A stretch of DNA of 63,949 nt, counting the filler, from Octopus bimaculoides (lineage: Eukaryota): the NCBI RefSeq assembly GCF_001194135.2. It is 8 parts of 8 records of this genome, joined end to end, with 100 filler letters (N's around TTAATTAATTAA, not from the genome) between each part and the next. Parts side by side here need not be neighbours in the genome. Positions count along the whole stretch, not along the records: positions 1 to 20,975 come from NC_068996.1; 7 more parts are not named here. The stretch is one strand, 5' to 3'. Under the pieces are notes generated by a model that had not been told where the DNA came from, did no database searches, and was given only the letters and a program-made list of their open reading frames with translations. The translations under genes and the position numbers were made by a program. Position 1 is the first letter of the stretch. Each line of letters begins with the position of its first letter. Positions 1 to 12,663 of the stretch are shown here, in pieces.

Positions 1-295
1 TATATATATATATATATGTATATATACATACTAGTTTAAAAGCCACCCTATCGAGCAGCTTTTAAGCAACTGACTCCAAATGGGAAGATCCGCAAACAGA
101 TCTCTGACTTGTTATGCAGAATTTGTTGCATTGCTTCTTCCAGAGTCATATTCCAATGATGATCATATTCATGGCAACAAATCATGTAAAAATAAAAAAA
201 AGACACCAAAAACAATTGCAATAATGAAAACATAGGAATCCAAAATTTCAGGTTGCAGGTCCAGATTCAGCCCAGAATGTTTTTAATTTACTCAC

Positions 296-342
296 AAAGT
301 CAGCCTGATTCCAAAGTAGTATGATATGTTAGGCTATGGCCT
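296..342 (-). other. 47-nt exon-like segment with stops in all three frames (UTR or non-coding exon)
   Basis: Acceptor tgctttttcaactttactcctag|A and donor TTT|GTGAGT. Confidence 0.35.
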
Positions 343-1406
343 CTAGGAGTAAAGTTGAAAAAGCATGACACACTGACATTCACATTTATTATATTATACT
401 AGATGGACCTGTGAAAAATTCATGGAAAACAAAAAATGCAAGCATCTGTAAACAGTGTACTGGTGCCATGAGAAATGTTTGTATATTATGACTGTCTGTC
501 TTTACGTTCTGAGTTCAAATTCTGCTGAGATCAACTTTGCCTTTCGTCCTTTCAGGGTCAATAAATTAATTATCAGTTGTGTACTGGGGTCGATCTAATC
601 AACTAGCCCCCTCCCCTCAAAAAATTCAGGCCTAGAAAAGTAAATTGTGACAGTTAGAGAATACAGAAAGTAATGTAACACCAGTGTTTATATAATCCAA
701 CCAAAATATCACAGTTACACAAATGTAAACAGAATTACTATTTAACCTTAAAATGCACCATACATATTTAAAGAACCTTAATGTACAAATTGAAATGTAA
801 AAGAACAAAATAATAAATGGATTTATGAATGAAAGTTTTAACTAACCTAAACTATACACACACACACAAATACATTCATATATATATGTCTCGAGTTGTA
901 TCTGTAATTCAAAGAGGCAAGCCTTGTCATATTGTGTGGGGCTGAATCTCCCTGAGAACTACGTTAATGTTATGCATGTCCGTGGAGTACTCAGCCATTT
1001 TGTGAGTTAATTTTATCCTTGTGTAGTAATGAAAAGTGAAACTGACATCCAATATTTGCTGTGTGTATGTATCTATGATGAACTTCTCTTTGAATTTGTG
1101 TATCTGCTGTCTCTCTCACTTTCTCTTTCACTTTCTTTGTGTCCCTCTTCTCTCCCACATATGATTTAACAATGTGTATATGTATCAACTTCTCTTGCGA
1201 TGTGATAAACATTAAAAAACACAAAACGAACGCAGTCACAACTCACTGTCTCTTTCATTCTCTCTTTCTCTCTCACTCACGTTCTCTCTTACTTTCTCTG
1301 TCCTCGTCTCTCTTGCTTTACCATTTCTTTGAAGTAAGTGTGACACACACAACAGGTAAGTACAAAAACAAAAAGTTGACATATTAATATTATTGATATT
1401 ATATTA

Positions 1407-1605
1407 TTTTATGGTGACGAGCTGAGCAAAATACTTAGCGGTATTTCATCTGCCATTAGGTTTGGGGTTCGAATTCCACCGAGGTCGACTTTCATCCTTT
1501 CGGGATCGATAAAATTAGTACCTTTTATGTACTAGGGTCAATGTAATCGACTTAGTCCCTTCCTCCAAACTTTGAGGCTTTGTGCTTCCAGTAGAAAGGA
1601 TTTAT
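1407..1605 (+). mobile_element. Short SINE family (copies ~480-640, 26250-26620, 35400-35790, 42381-42750, 44625-44825, 45790-46000, 61660-61860)
   Basis: Recurrent ttctgagttcaaattccgccgaggtcgactttgcctttcatcctttcggggtcgataaa...taagtaccag core. Confidence 0.82.
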
Positions 1606-2124
1606 TAAAGTTTAAAAAAGTGTGACACACTGACATTCAATTTATTATATTAGATATGTTTAATTTTGGAGAAACATTATTTCATTTAAAGTGTATTTTA
1701 TATGTGTGTGTGTGTGTTTGTGTGTATGTATTAAAGAAAGCAAAAAATAAAACAAAAATGATAGTATTCAGTATGTTCATTCAGTGTTCAGTATATTAGC
1801 CACAGGAATTTGTCAGACATGATTAAACAAAGTTATACATCATCTCCCTCTTTCTCTCTCATTATTACTCCCACTGTCACCATCAACACTACTACTTTTA
1901 ATAAAACATATATACCTAGATATATATACCTATATATATACAATCCAAACATGAACAAGCAAGAAAAAACAAGAGGACATGGAATAAGTACAGTGTTATT
2001 GGACGCTCAGGAAAGGAAAGAAAAGAAAGAGGATTCCATGTTTCGAGCGAGTGGGGCTCTTCATCAGAAATATAGAAAAAGTCCAAAGAAGGGAAGACAT
2101 TAAACGACAACTATGATGTATTTG

Positions 2125-2169
<45 letters not shown>

Positions 2170-2177
2170 TTATATAT

Positions 2178-2226
<49 letters not shown>

Positions 2227-2231
2227 AATAC

Positions 2232-2600
2232 ATCATCATCATCGTCATTTAACGTCCACTTTCCATGCTGGCATGGGTTGGACGGCTTTACAGAAGGCTG
2301 CACCAGGCTCCAATCTGATCTGGCAAAGTTTCTACAGCTAGATGCCCTTCCTAACGCCAACCACTCCGAGAGTGTAGTGGGTGCTTTTATGTGCCACCTG
2401 CATGAGGGCCAGTCAGGCAGTACTGGCAACAACCATGCTCAAAAGGTGTTTTTTACGTGCCACCTGCATGGTAGCCAGTCCGGCGGCACTGGCAACGACC
2501 ACGCTCAGAAGTTCTGTTTTACATGCCACTGGCACATGTGCTAGTAAGGTGACGCTGGCAACGATCATACTCTGGTGGTGCTTTTAACGTTCCACTGGCA
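2232..2600 (-). mobile_element. Non-coding RTE 3'-end repeat with (GAT)n tail (other copies 4400-4795 +, 22160-22325 +, 22338-22402 -, 39505-39990 -)
   Basis: Shared ccaacccatgc(t/c)agcatggaaa..gacgttaaacgatgatg terminus and ggcatccagctgtagaaac core in multiple copies. Confidence 0.85.
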
Positions 2601-2846
2601 CAAGTGCCAATTAGGGGTCCATTTTGCTCGATTAAAGGCAGTGCTCTAGTATGGCCGCAGTTAAATGACTAGAATAAAAGAATAAACACACACACATAGA
2701 AAAGATAGATAGATAGATAGATAGAGAAATATAAGGGTGTTTGTATATTTACGTGTGTAATTTGTTAATTGATAGCCTCATTTATGTTTATTCTCCTTTT
2801 TTGGGACTATTTGGCAATTTATTTAGTCTTCTCACCTCTCTCTCAT

Positions 2847-2885
<39 letters not shown>

Positions 2886-2896
2886 CACATATTCAC

Positions 2897-2927
<31 letters not shown>

Positions 2928-4796
2928 ATCATACATCACACTGTCTTTTCCTTTTATTTACTACCTATCTTTTGTCCTCAATGCCTTTTTTCTCTGTCTT
3001 ACACAAGTGCACACACATATAGACACATTCTCAGAACCCCTCTCCCAATCTTTCTCTCTTAAATCCTGCAACCACCACTCTCACTGAAATCAGAACACCC
3101 TTTCTGATATAATAATACATTTATTAATGAAAGAAAGCATATATACAGCAAAGTGAAGTGGAATCAATACAAGTGATAGGAACCTTTTTAAAACACAATC
3201 AGATATTACACAGATAAATAAATAAAATAGAAAGTTAGCAGTTGGAGGAATGAGTGAAGAGTGGTAGAACAGGGCAAGGGGTATGGGCAGGGAATAAAAC
3301 CACAGGAGGTATACAGACTAATCAATAGTTATTGGTCAACAAAAAGCTTTTCATGATGAAAATGTCCCATCATCTAGTCACAAGAGCCAATCAATAATCC
3401 TTACATAAAGCTAACAACCTCAGATGACAAAGGTAACTAGTTGTATTCTTTGAGGTGAATACAACAATCACTGGATGTTAGAATACATTGACTCTTCTTC
3501 AACAGTCTAGATTTGGTCAAGTGTGCTTGAGAGTACCAAGAAGATGGGAACCATTAGCAAAGATGGTGGTGATGGGAGAGTGGTGATGGTGGTGGTGGTG
3601 GTAGTAGTGGTGGCAGTCATATCCACCTAGACAAGAGGGAAACGTAAAGTCACAGTTAAGTCAGTGTCTCAGGTATTGAAACAACCTGATTCCAATCATG
3701 CACAGTACTACCAATACTACTAGCAACACCATCAAAACAACAGCAACAACATGAGGAGGAGGAGCCTTTACACTGTCATTCAATTTGTTAGAAATAACAG
3801 CTAAATCACCTTAAAAATCAAATGCTTCCATCTTTATTTTTTATTAGTTTGACACTGGAGAAAATAGCTGTGCCTGTGGCTTTGACTGGACTCAAGCCTA
3901 ATGAGAATGTTGCAGTTAATTGAACTGATATGAGTTGCTGGCTGCAGGAACATGGCAAGAGGGAATGCCAGGGAAATGGACAAAATGTTCTTAGAAGAAA
4001 GGATTGGGCATGAAACCGACCAGCATTGAAGAAAAAAGAACATTGTTGGAATGGTAGAAGACTGAAGAGGAAACAACACATCTGTGAGACAGAAGTAGGG
4101 GTACCAATTAGTTGGGTAGTCTTAGCTAATGAAGAATTCATTGGATTACATAATCATAAATGCCCTTAAAACAGTAAGATGGCTATGGTTGGGATGATTT
4201 TGATCAAATGTTCTTTTTTGATCAGATACCACTTCGAATTAGATTAGTTTCAAGGGGTTCTTAATCTAGTGATTCTCAAACACCCAAATGATAGCCCATG
4301 AAAATAGTGAAACTTGAGGAAATCGAAATCGAACTAAATTCAACGACTGACACCCATACCAACGTCATCTCCTTCATTGGACACAAAACTTGGCTTGCGA
4401 AGACCTGTTGGGGCAAGCGAAAGCAAAATCGTGATGGCACCTGTGCCCAACGTCGCTTTTCTGGCACTTGTGCCGGCGGCACATGTAAAGACATGCAAGC
4501 AAGATCGTTGCCAGTGCCGCTGGACTGGCTCCTGTGCAGGTGGCACGTAAATTACACCATTTTGAGCGGGGCCGTTGCCAGTACCGCCTGACTGGCCTTC
4601 GTGCCATTGGCATGTAAAAGCACCCACTACACTCTCAGAGTGGTTGGCGTTAGGAAGGGCATCCAGCTGTAGAAACTCTGCTAGATCAGATTGGGGCCTG
4701 GTGTAGCCATCTGGTTCACCAGTCCTCAGTCAAATCATCCAACCCATGCTAGCATGGAAAGTGGACGTTAAACGATGATGATGATGATGATGATAA

Positions 4797-5150
4797 CTGT
4801 TTCTATCTAAGGCATCACCTTTACCCTTGTAGCAACTATTATACCAATCATTATGGATAACCTGGTTAGCTATACTAGTGACTAAACTGTATCCTACTCC
4901 ACTAAATATCTTAACTGATTCAGCAGTAATTCCTGATGATCCAGGAACTTTCCTTGTCTTCAGATTCTTAATTGCTTTATCTATCATACAACTGTCAACT
5001 GTGGTGGCTGGTCTCCCAGTTGGATCCATATTAGGAAGGCTCTCCTTTTTCCATTCATACTCCACATTTAGCAATCTTTCACAGTGGCACTTCCATACCT
5101 CTTTCAAGAAATGCAAGTTATTATACTTGAAATTATCACTGAGGCCACAA
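4797..5150 (-). mobile_element. RTE-clade LINE fragment (linker and start of RT)
   Basis: KEVWKCHCERLLNVEYEW...KAIKNLKTRKVPGSSGITAE...YKGKGDALDRNSY. Confidence 0.85.
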
Positions 5151-6552
5151 AGTACAACCTTTTCAATTAATTTGCATATAAACAAACTATGGATAATTGG
5201 TTGATAATTAGTCTAAGTGTCAGGGCAAAGCCTCGTCTTTTTCTAATAATAACAATACTGATGGAATCTTCCAACTAATCGCCGAAACCAATTTTAAAAT
5301 TATAATTATCACTATCAATAAGAAGCTTTTTATTTTCTACTTCTTCCTAATGTAAACTACATAATAAATTTTATTGATTTCTGTCAAACTTAAACCAACA
5401 TGGAAAAATGAATGTTAAACATTAAATGAATGTTAAACTAATGCTGAAAATAATTGATTTATAATATAAAAATTATATATAAAAAAGAATGTCAAACATT
5501 TCATGCTAAATATAATCATGGCTTTGAATAATTTTGTGACACAGTTCTGTAAATATGCTGTTACAGCAACACTGTAATTCACAGTAATTACAGCAAGTGG
5601 TGTTTGAATTTATGATTAAAGATGGCTTCTTTTATTTTATTAATTTTTTTTTTCTTAAGAAAAACAAAAGAGACAATATTTAATATCCGATCATCAATAG
5701 AGCTGGATTGATTTATACATGGAATTCTAATGGAAATGTATCGATGATTCATTGGTTTTCAAGAATGTAATGAAACCAAGATTACTTAGAAAGCAACAAT
5801 TCTATTTAGTAGATAATACCATTCTCTCCTCTGAGATGGAGTAATTGATTTGATAAGTGTGTCAAATATCAATTGGCAAACTCTCGTCCAATCAATCACA
5901 TATTCTATCAATGAAGACATGAGCCGATTCCAATTAAAACACCATTAAAATAGGACATAAATGAGGTGAAGTCAAAGATTGTATATATTTAAATGCTGTT
6001 CAATCAAGGTGAAGTTGATATATGTCAGGTGTATCTGATATCAACAGTGGTTAGGTTAATAAATTGAAAGAATATGGAAGTCTGGATGGTTTGTTCATCA
6101 TCCCTGTAGTAATATGTGGAGTTTAATAGTGGTTGACAGAATATTATTAATGGAGAAGGGACAAAGAGTACTGAAGATAAACAGATGATCGGTGTATATC
6201 AGAATTGACAGAACAAAGCATTATTAGAGTACTATTGATGTTGAATAGCATAACATATAGTTTGTGTATGGAAGAATTAGAATCAGATGGTAAGCACTCT
6301 AAGTATAGTGTATTAGATGGTTGAGAGAGGTGATGCTTCTCAAGTGCAATATTTTCTTTATATTCATTCAGTCAGCAAAATATTACTCATAAGAGTACAG
6401 CACAAGTAAATTCAAAGATCTATAACGACAATAATCTATCAAACCGAAATAAATATGACTGCTATGTATGTTACTGACACTGACCAGTTAAAAGACAGTG
6501 AATTTGAACTCAGTGTTTCAAGGATCAGATTAACCAAATGAGGAATGACATT

Positions 6553-6775
6553 TTAACCCTTTAGCATTTAAACTGACCATATCCAGTCCAAATATTCTGC
6601 CCGTTTTATGCTCAAACTAACCAGATCTGAACTTTCACACCTACTCTGCAATGTCATTCTAGAAATATACACTCACATCATCAAAATCTTGAAGCTATAA
6701 GATAAAGCAGGATTAATTCAAAACAATATGAATAAATAAGTATTAGACAGAGTGAACTGAATGCTAAAGGTTTAA
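6553..6775. mobile_element. piggyBac-like MITE (TTAA|CCCTTTAGCATT...AATGCTAAAGG.|TTAA)
   Basis: TTAA flanks and short TIRs. Reverse-oriented tandem copies at 53217-53632; partial copy ~27205-27290. Confidence 0.8.
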
Positions 6776-6987
6776 AATGGCTAATGTACAATCATTGTGG
6801 CAACTCCAACAATTATAGTAACAATAATAATTTACATTGAGGGTGTCAGTACTATAAAAAACACTGGTGATGGTTCCAAGTAAATAGCAACCAGTAACTC
6901 TGTAAAGTGGTTGGCATTAGTAATGATGATGATGATGATGATGATTGATGATAATCCCAGAATATAACTGATATATATTTTACTAAC

Positions 6988-7440
6988 CTGGAAGATTAGA
7001 TGTCAAAACCCACCTCAAAAGAATTCTATTTCTGAAAGTAAATATTGTAAAGTTTTCTTTTTAACTTGGATCCACAACTCCTTGAGGGAGTTACAAGGAG
7101 CGCTGCCTGTGGTATGTCTTGGGCGATTTTGCATTGTGGAGCCCATTCCTCTCCTTCCCTGACTACAAGTGATTTCTTCCAGAAAGAGAGAGAGAGACAG
7201 ATGGACAGAAGAAAAAGAGTGACAAAAAGAGAAGATCTGACATCAATGCGGGACTGGATTTTTTCTATCAACTTCAAGAAATTGAAATTGGTGAAATTTG
7301 AACTTAGAACACAGATCCAGAATGATTATCACGAAAATAATCTGATTTTTTTGGCAACTCCATCAGTTGGCCACCTGAAGAATCTACTTTCTGGGAAATG
7401 AGACACAGAGTTGAGGACTTTTATGATTCCAGTTAGATAC
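6988..7440 (-). other. Two further exon-like segments (7440-7375, 66 nt; 7031-6988, 44 nt)
   Basis: Acceptors ttttgctttttacag and atttactttcag; donors CAG|GTGGCC (weak) and CAG|GTTAGT. Coding role is unresolved. Confidence 0.35.
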
Positions 7441-7560
7441 CTGTAAAAAGCAAAATGTTGAAAAACATGGTTTGTGTATAAACTAACCTTATGCATGAAT
7501 TTGACAGTTCAATTAACATCTTGATATATAGACTTCAGTACGACATTTCAATAGCAAAGA

Positions 7561-7583
7561 TTAATGGGTAAGGTTGTCAAAAG
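7561..7583 (-). CDS. Probable terminal coding exon of the NXF-like gene ((A)FDNLTH*)
   Basis: Nearest strong acceptor (tttgctttaaacacgttcattctctcag|C). Phase-1 reading stops at TAA 7563-7561. Other acceptors (7440, 7031) also give a stop within a few codons. Confidence 0.4.
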
Positions 7584-7677
7584 CTGAGAGAATGAACGTG
7601 TTTAAAGCAAAGTTGACAACAAAACTCTAAAATTTACTGCATTCTGTTCTTGTTATTGTTTACAATAACATACTCAC

Positions 7678-7736
7678 CATTGTATATAAATGTTTGTGCT
7701 GCTTTCCCGTAGTCCCACTGAGACCATTCCAAACAC
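7678..7736 (-). CDS. 59-nt exon completing the TAP-C/UBA domain: (W)CLEWSQWDYGKAAQTFIYN
   Basis: Acceptor ttttatccaacag|G and donor AATG|GTGAGT. Phase-2 entry matches the donor at 12321. Aligns without gaps to NXF1 CLQDNNWDYTRSAQAF. Confidence 0.8.
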
Positions 7737-9915
7737 CTGTTGGATAAAATCTTAGATTAATTCACAATAAAAAAAAATAAAACTAATTCAACAAGAAAAA
7801 GCAATTAAGCATTGTCACCAAGTCATTGATGTACAAGGAGCCATACATCTATAACTGACCAACAACTGAGAACTAACAGATACAGTGAAATATCAGTGAT
7901 CAGGCCATAGATATAGATATACACCACAGTCTATAATTGACCAGCAACTGAATTCTCACATGTACAATGAATTAGAGTATTATAGACCAAGTTTTAGATG
8001 TACATTAAATGAATTTGCTGTTTAATAATATATCTAATATTACAAAATAATAATACATAACTTTATATAATTGTACAAATAAATAATTTAGTGGTTCAAT
8101 GACACTATCAAAAGAGAATTTATATTTCAATGAAGTGTTATTCTTCTAATTCTGTTCATTAACAAATTAAAAATACCACACTGTTTCTACAGTAATTTTT
8201 TTTTCACCTGTGTGTGAGGGAGAGGGAGAGAGAGAGAGAGAGAGAGAAAGAGTGGTCTTAGTCTTTCCAAGTCTGTCTAGACTAGAAGATAGCTATTGCT
8301 AAGTGAGGTCATTGTGTTTAATGCTATGTTTAATACCTGATGGTAAAAGATGAGATTGAAAAATGTCATAGAGAAAAAAAAAAGGGTAAAAGACAGGAAA
8401 TCGAAAACTCAGAGACAAAATACTTGTCTCAATTAAAATAAAAAAGAAATTCTTTTATATTTTTTTACTAGTTTCAATAAATATGTTGGGGTACTGCCTT
8501 CAAAGATTTAGCTAGTCATATTAACTCAAGTACTATTTCAGTCTAGTGCTGATTCCATTGATCTCTTTGTTGAACGGCTAGGTTATTGGACATCAGAAAT
8601 ACATAAACACTGTAGAAATACATTAACAACACTGACAGTCACACAGACACAAGCAAGTATATTGTACATATGCATGTGCATGTGTGTGTGTGTGTGTGTG
8701 TGTGTGTAGGACAGCTGAGCAATTTCCATTTGCCGAATTCTAAAAACTCCGCTTACAATATAGTGGTCACCAAGATTACAGCAGAAAACACTTGCTCCTG
8801 CTTTTCAGTCATTGGTCTGTGGCTATGCTGGAACATCACCTAGTAAGGTTCAGTAAAACAGATTGATCCCAGTATTTATTTTTGTTTAAGCCTGGTACTT
8901 ACTCTATAGGTCACTTTTGCCAAACCACTAAGTTACTGAGATGTAAACAAACCAACACTGCTTGCCAAGTGGTGGTGGAGGACAAACACAAGCACACACA
9001 CACACATATATATATATATGTGTGTATATATATGGCAAGCTTCTTTTTTTTTATGTGCCACCCACACAAGAGCCAGTGGCACATAAAAAAAAAAGAAGCT
9101 TGCCATATATATATACATATATATATATACATATATATATATATATTTCCATCTACCAAATCCACTCAAAAGACTTTGGTTGGCCCAAGGCTATAGTAAA
9201 AGACACTTGCCCAAGGTGCCATGCAGTGGGACTGAACCCAGAACCATGTCGCTGAGAAGCAAACTTCATGGCACATAACCACGACAGTGCATATGTGTAT
9301 GCATGTAGGTGACATGTATAGTGGGAGTGTACATACAAGTGTGGTATAGGCAAGTACTGAATTGGTGTTCAGATTGATCAGATTCTTATATCTTAACTTC
9401 CTAAACTGGTTAAAATGTCTATTTAGTCCATAAGAAAAAGAGTAATTGCAGTAATTCATTTCTATGAGTTATGTACAGCTGTTTCAAACAATCAGTGACT
9501 AGTAAATTATAATGCATATCATGCAAACAAAAATATATAGTGGAGCAGTAATTATACATAAGAAATAAGCAAAAAGAAGTTAACAACTTACATGAAGAAT
9601 GACACTTAAATATCTTCAAGCTGCAACTGTCACATGTTCTTGTTAGAAGGAACAATAGTTCCACCAAGAAATTATTCATGCATTATGCAAGTTGGCAAAA
9701 ATTTTTACACTTATTTTGTTGAGAATAATTACTGGTTTTTATAGGCATATATGCATGTTTGCATAATACCATCAACCAGTCACCAAATCTTTGAAACAGA
9801 TGTACGAGTCTATCTTCATCTTATAATGTCCCATAACTATATGTAACGTTGTATATAAATATATTACTAATCTCTTGCCCATCTTCGGTCTCATTACATA
9901 TAATATATATATATA

Positions 9916-11458
9916 CACTGTGTCCCACACTATTAGGCAAATCAACCTTCTCTCAATAAATAAATATATATTCATTCAAAGCCAGTTGTTTTCCCACATC
10001 TATCTGCACATATTCTTCTAAAATAAATCAGATCTGTGTAGATGCCAACAAATGGCAGCCATTTTTGTGATTGGACAACATTTTCGCCATCACCAATTGT
10101 TAGGCAAGTATAATAAAAACAATTGTGTCAAGATGAACATTTATTTAATTCAACAGTAAAAGTTTAACAAGAAAATTACTCAAAGAACTTCATGGTAAAC
10201 ATAATAATACATTCGAATGAAAATAATCATGGGATTATGATGTCATACAGCTCCTAATGTTTGATGTATGATCCTCCACATGTAATAACCTTCCTTACAT
10301 GTTAATCCACTGAATTTGTCAAGGTAATATCCCCTTGTGTCATGCTTTGAGCAGCATCTACACTAGTGTCTCAGAAGGCAACTTTACTTAAAAACTGCCA
10401 TCCATCTTGATAAACATGCCTCTTCAAAACACTCCGCAGGTTTTTGATCAGGTTTAAGTTAAGGGAACAAGGTGGTCACTCCATCAAACAACCTCCAGAG
10501 AAGCCTATTTGCTGCAGGTATTCCTTAGAATTCTTCACTGCATGAGATAGGGCATTATCTTACATGAAGACCAGTTTTATCTTGAATGAAAGTTTTTGCT
10601 TTTACAACCATGGTTGGAAATTATCCTTTAAGAAGATAACATATATTTTCGATGTCATCTTAATGCCAGTGGGACTTTCCATGGCCTGACCATCATACCA
10701 CTAACGATGCCAGCCCAAAATATGACCTCATCTCCCCCTTGTTGGCATCTCAAACGATGAGGGTGGTTCCTGCTGATTGATACCCAACCTTTACTCCAGC
10801 CATATGTAGCCCATCAAGGGTAGTATGGCATTCATCAGTGAACCAAACTTGAAAAATCTATCTTCATGTATTCTTCTGCCAATTGCGGTCTATTCTGCTT
10901 AGGAACAGCCTTCATAGGGGGCCTTGTAACAGGTTCAACATTTCTGGCTATTTGCTTCAAGATGCGACACTTGGTAATTTTCGATACATCTTCCCTGTCA
11001 TAAGAACTGAAGACTTCTCTACTTGTCAGACACGTGACAAAGTATGATTCAAAGTAACCCTCGATTTACCCTAATCTGCCCTTGACCAGACTGAAATAGG
11101 AGACTGCACAAATTTCTTCATTTTTTGGTGATCTTTTCCCAGTATTTTTGATATTTCTATGGTTGTTTTTCCTTTTCCAAGCTCTGATACGATGGTAGAC
11201 TTCTCATTCAAGGTAAGATCACATTTCTGACCCCTAATGATACTTAAATTGGGCACTTGCCTAATTATTTGAGACAGCAGAAATGTTGCTACTATATGAT
11301 AATGGTCACTGTTTGTTTTCATCTGTTCAGATACGATTTATTTTAACTGAATGTATACAGATAGGTGTTGCCAACAGTCAATGGGAAAACAACTGGTTTT
11401 GAATGAATATACATTTATTGAGAGGAGGTTGATTTGCCTAATAATGTGGAACGCAGTG
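9916..11458 (-). mobile_element. Full-length degenerate Tc1 (DD34E) transposon with IR/DR ends, in the intron splitting the TAP-C domain
   Basis: TA at 9914-15 and 11459-60. ~80-bp TIRs (9916-9996 / 11382-11458) with an inner repeat of the TTAGGCAA site (~10095, ~11260). Transposase remnants GQKCDLT..EKS, FTDE, QGG..IFWAGI, DNA.SHA and PP.SLNLNLIKNL, with stops and frameshifts. Confidence 0.93.
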
Positions 11459-12320
11459 TACATGCATGTGTGGATATATATATGCATATATATACTTGTA
11501 TATACACATACATATATATGTACATAAATGTATATCTATATCTAAATATGTACACGCACACACACACACACATATATATAGGTATGTTGATGCAAGCAGG
11601 AAAAATAGAATTCATATGAATATATTCTTTTATTCTGTTATATGTTTCAGCCTTGAGGCTGCGGCCATGTTGGGGCACCACCATTGTATATTTTTATTAA
11701 TATTTAGCAGACATAACAGAGTAACTCAAGGGCCAAGAGTTTTATGCAGTGCTTACAATGTAGCAGTAAGCAACATGAAACAATCTGTGGTCAGACATCA
11801 TTACTCAGATGTAACCATTTTTATTTCACTTGCATTGCTATAGAAGTATTCTATAACACTTCTGTAAATTCACAATTGGGACCACTACTTTACAAAAATT
11901 TCATAACTGTACAACATAAATCAATTATCTCAACCATTAAAAGTTTTTGGGATTTTCTTTCTTTCTTTTTTTTCTTTTTGGTTAAATTATTCAAAATGTC
12001 AGTCAAACCAAGAATTTTTGACAATAAAAATTTAGTTATTAGAATGTCTATAATATTTTGCTTCTGTTGGTCTTAAATGTAAGTCACCAAAAAAGGATGA
12101 TCTTTCATACCAAACTTTCCTAATACATTATTTTACAAGTAGAGAAATACACCCCCAAGCCTTAGTTGCATCATGTCATCAGTTTAATGCTAACTTGTGA
12201 AATATCAATATATCTAGCACCACTAATAATATGATTGTTAAAATGGGGTAAAGTATTCATTTAATGTTACAATAAATTTCAACTCTAATTAATTGATAAG
12301 GTAGATCAAAACAGTCTTAC

Positions 12321-12631
12321 CATTTGCTAAACTCAAACGGGTAGTTTGTGAAAGTTGCAAACTGCTCGACCATCGTTCTGCGGAAAGCTGCCTCAAATTC
12401 AGGATCAGGAGGAAAAGCAGAAAATTTCCGTTGATATCTTTTGGTTTTTCGTCTCATAGAAGTTTCCTTAAGTGAAGAGTCTGACAAATGAGGAATTGGT
12501 TTTCTTTGAAATTTGCTAGAAAAGGATTCATATCCATTTGCGATAGGTGAAGGAAAATTCACAGCTTGATGGTGACTAATATTATTCATGTCTAAATATG
12601 GAATTGCTCTCTGGATAATTGGTCTTTTAAG

Positions 12632-12663
<32 letters not shown>

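Noticed and set aside
48-233. NMTLEEAMQQILHNKSEICLRI resembling a PDZ C-terminal helix-strand
   Set aside because: No good acceptor or neighbouring PDZ exons, and too short to support.
6020-6100. Minus-strand box C (ATGATGA) and box D (CTGA), suggesting a snoRNA host gene
   Set aside because: No terminal stem or recognisable rRNA complementarity; such motifs are frequent by chance here.
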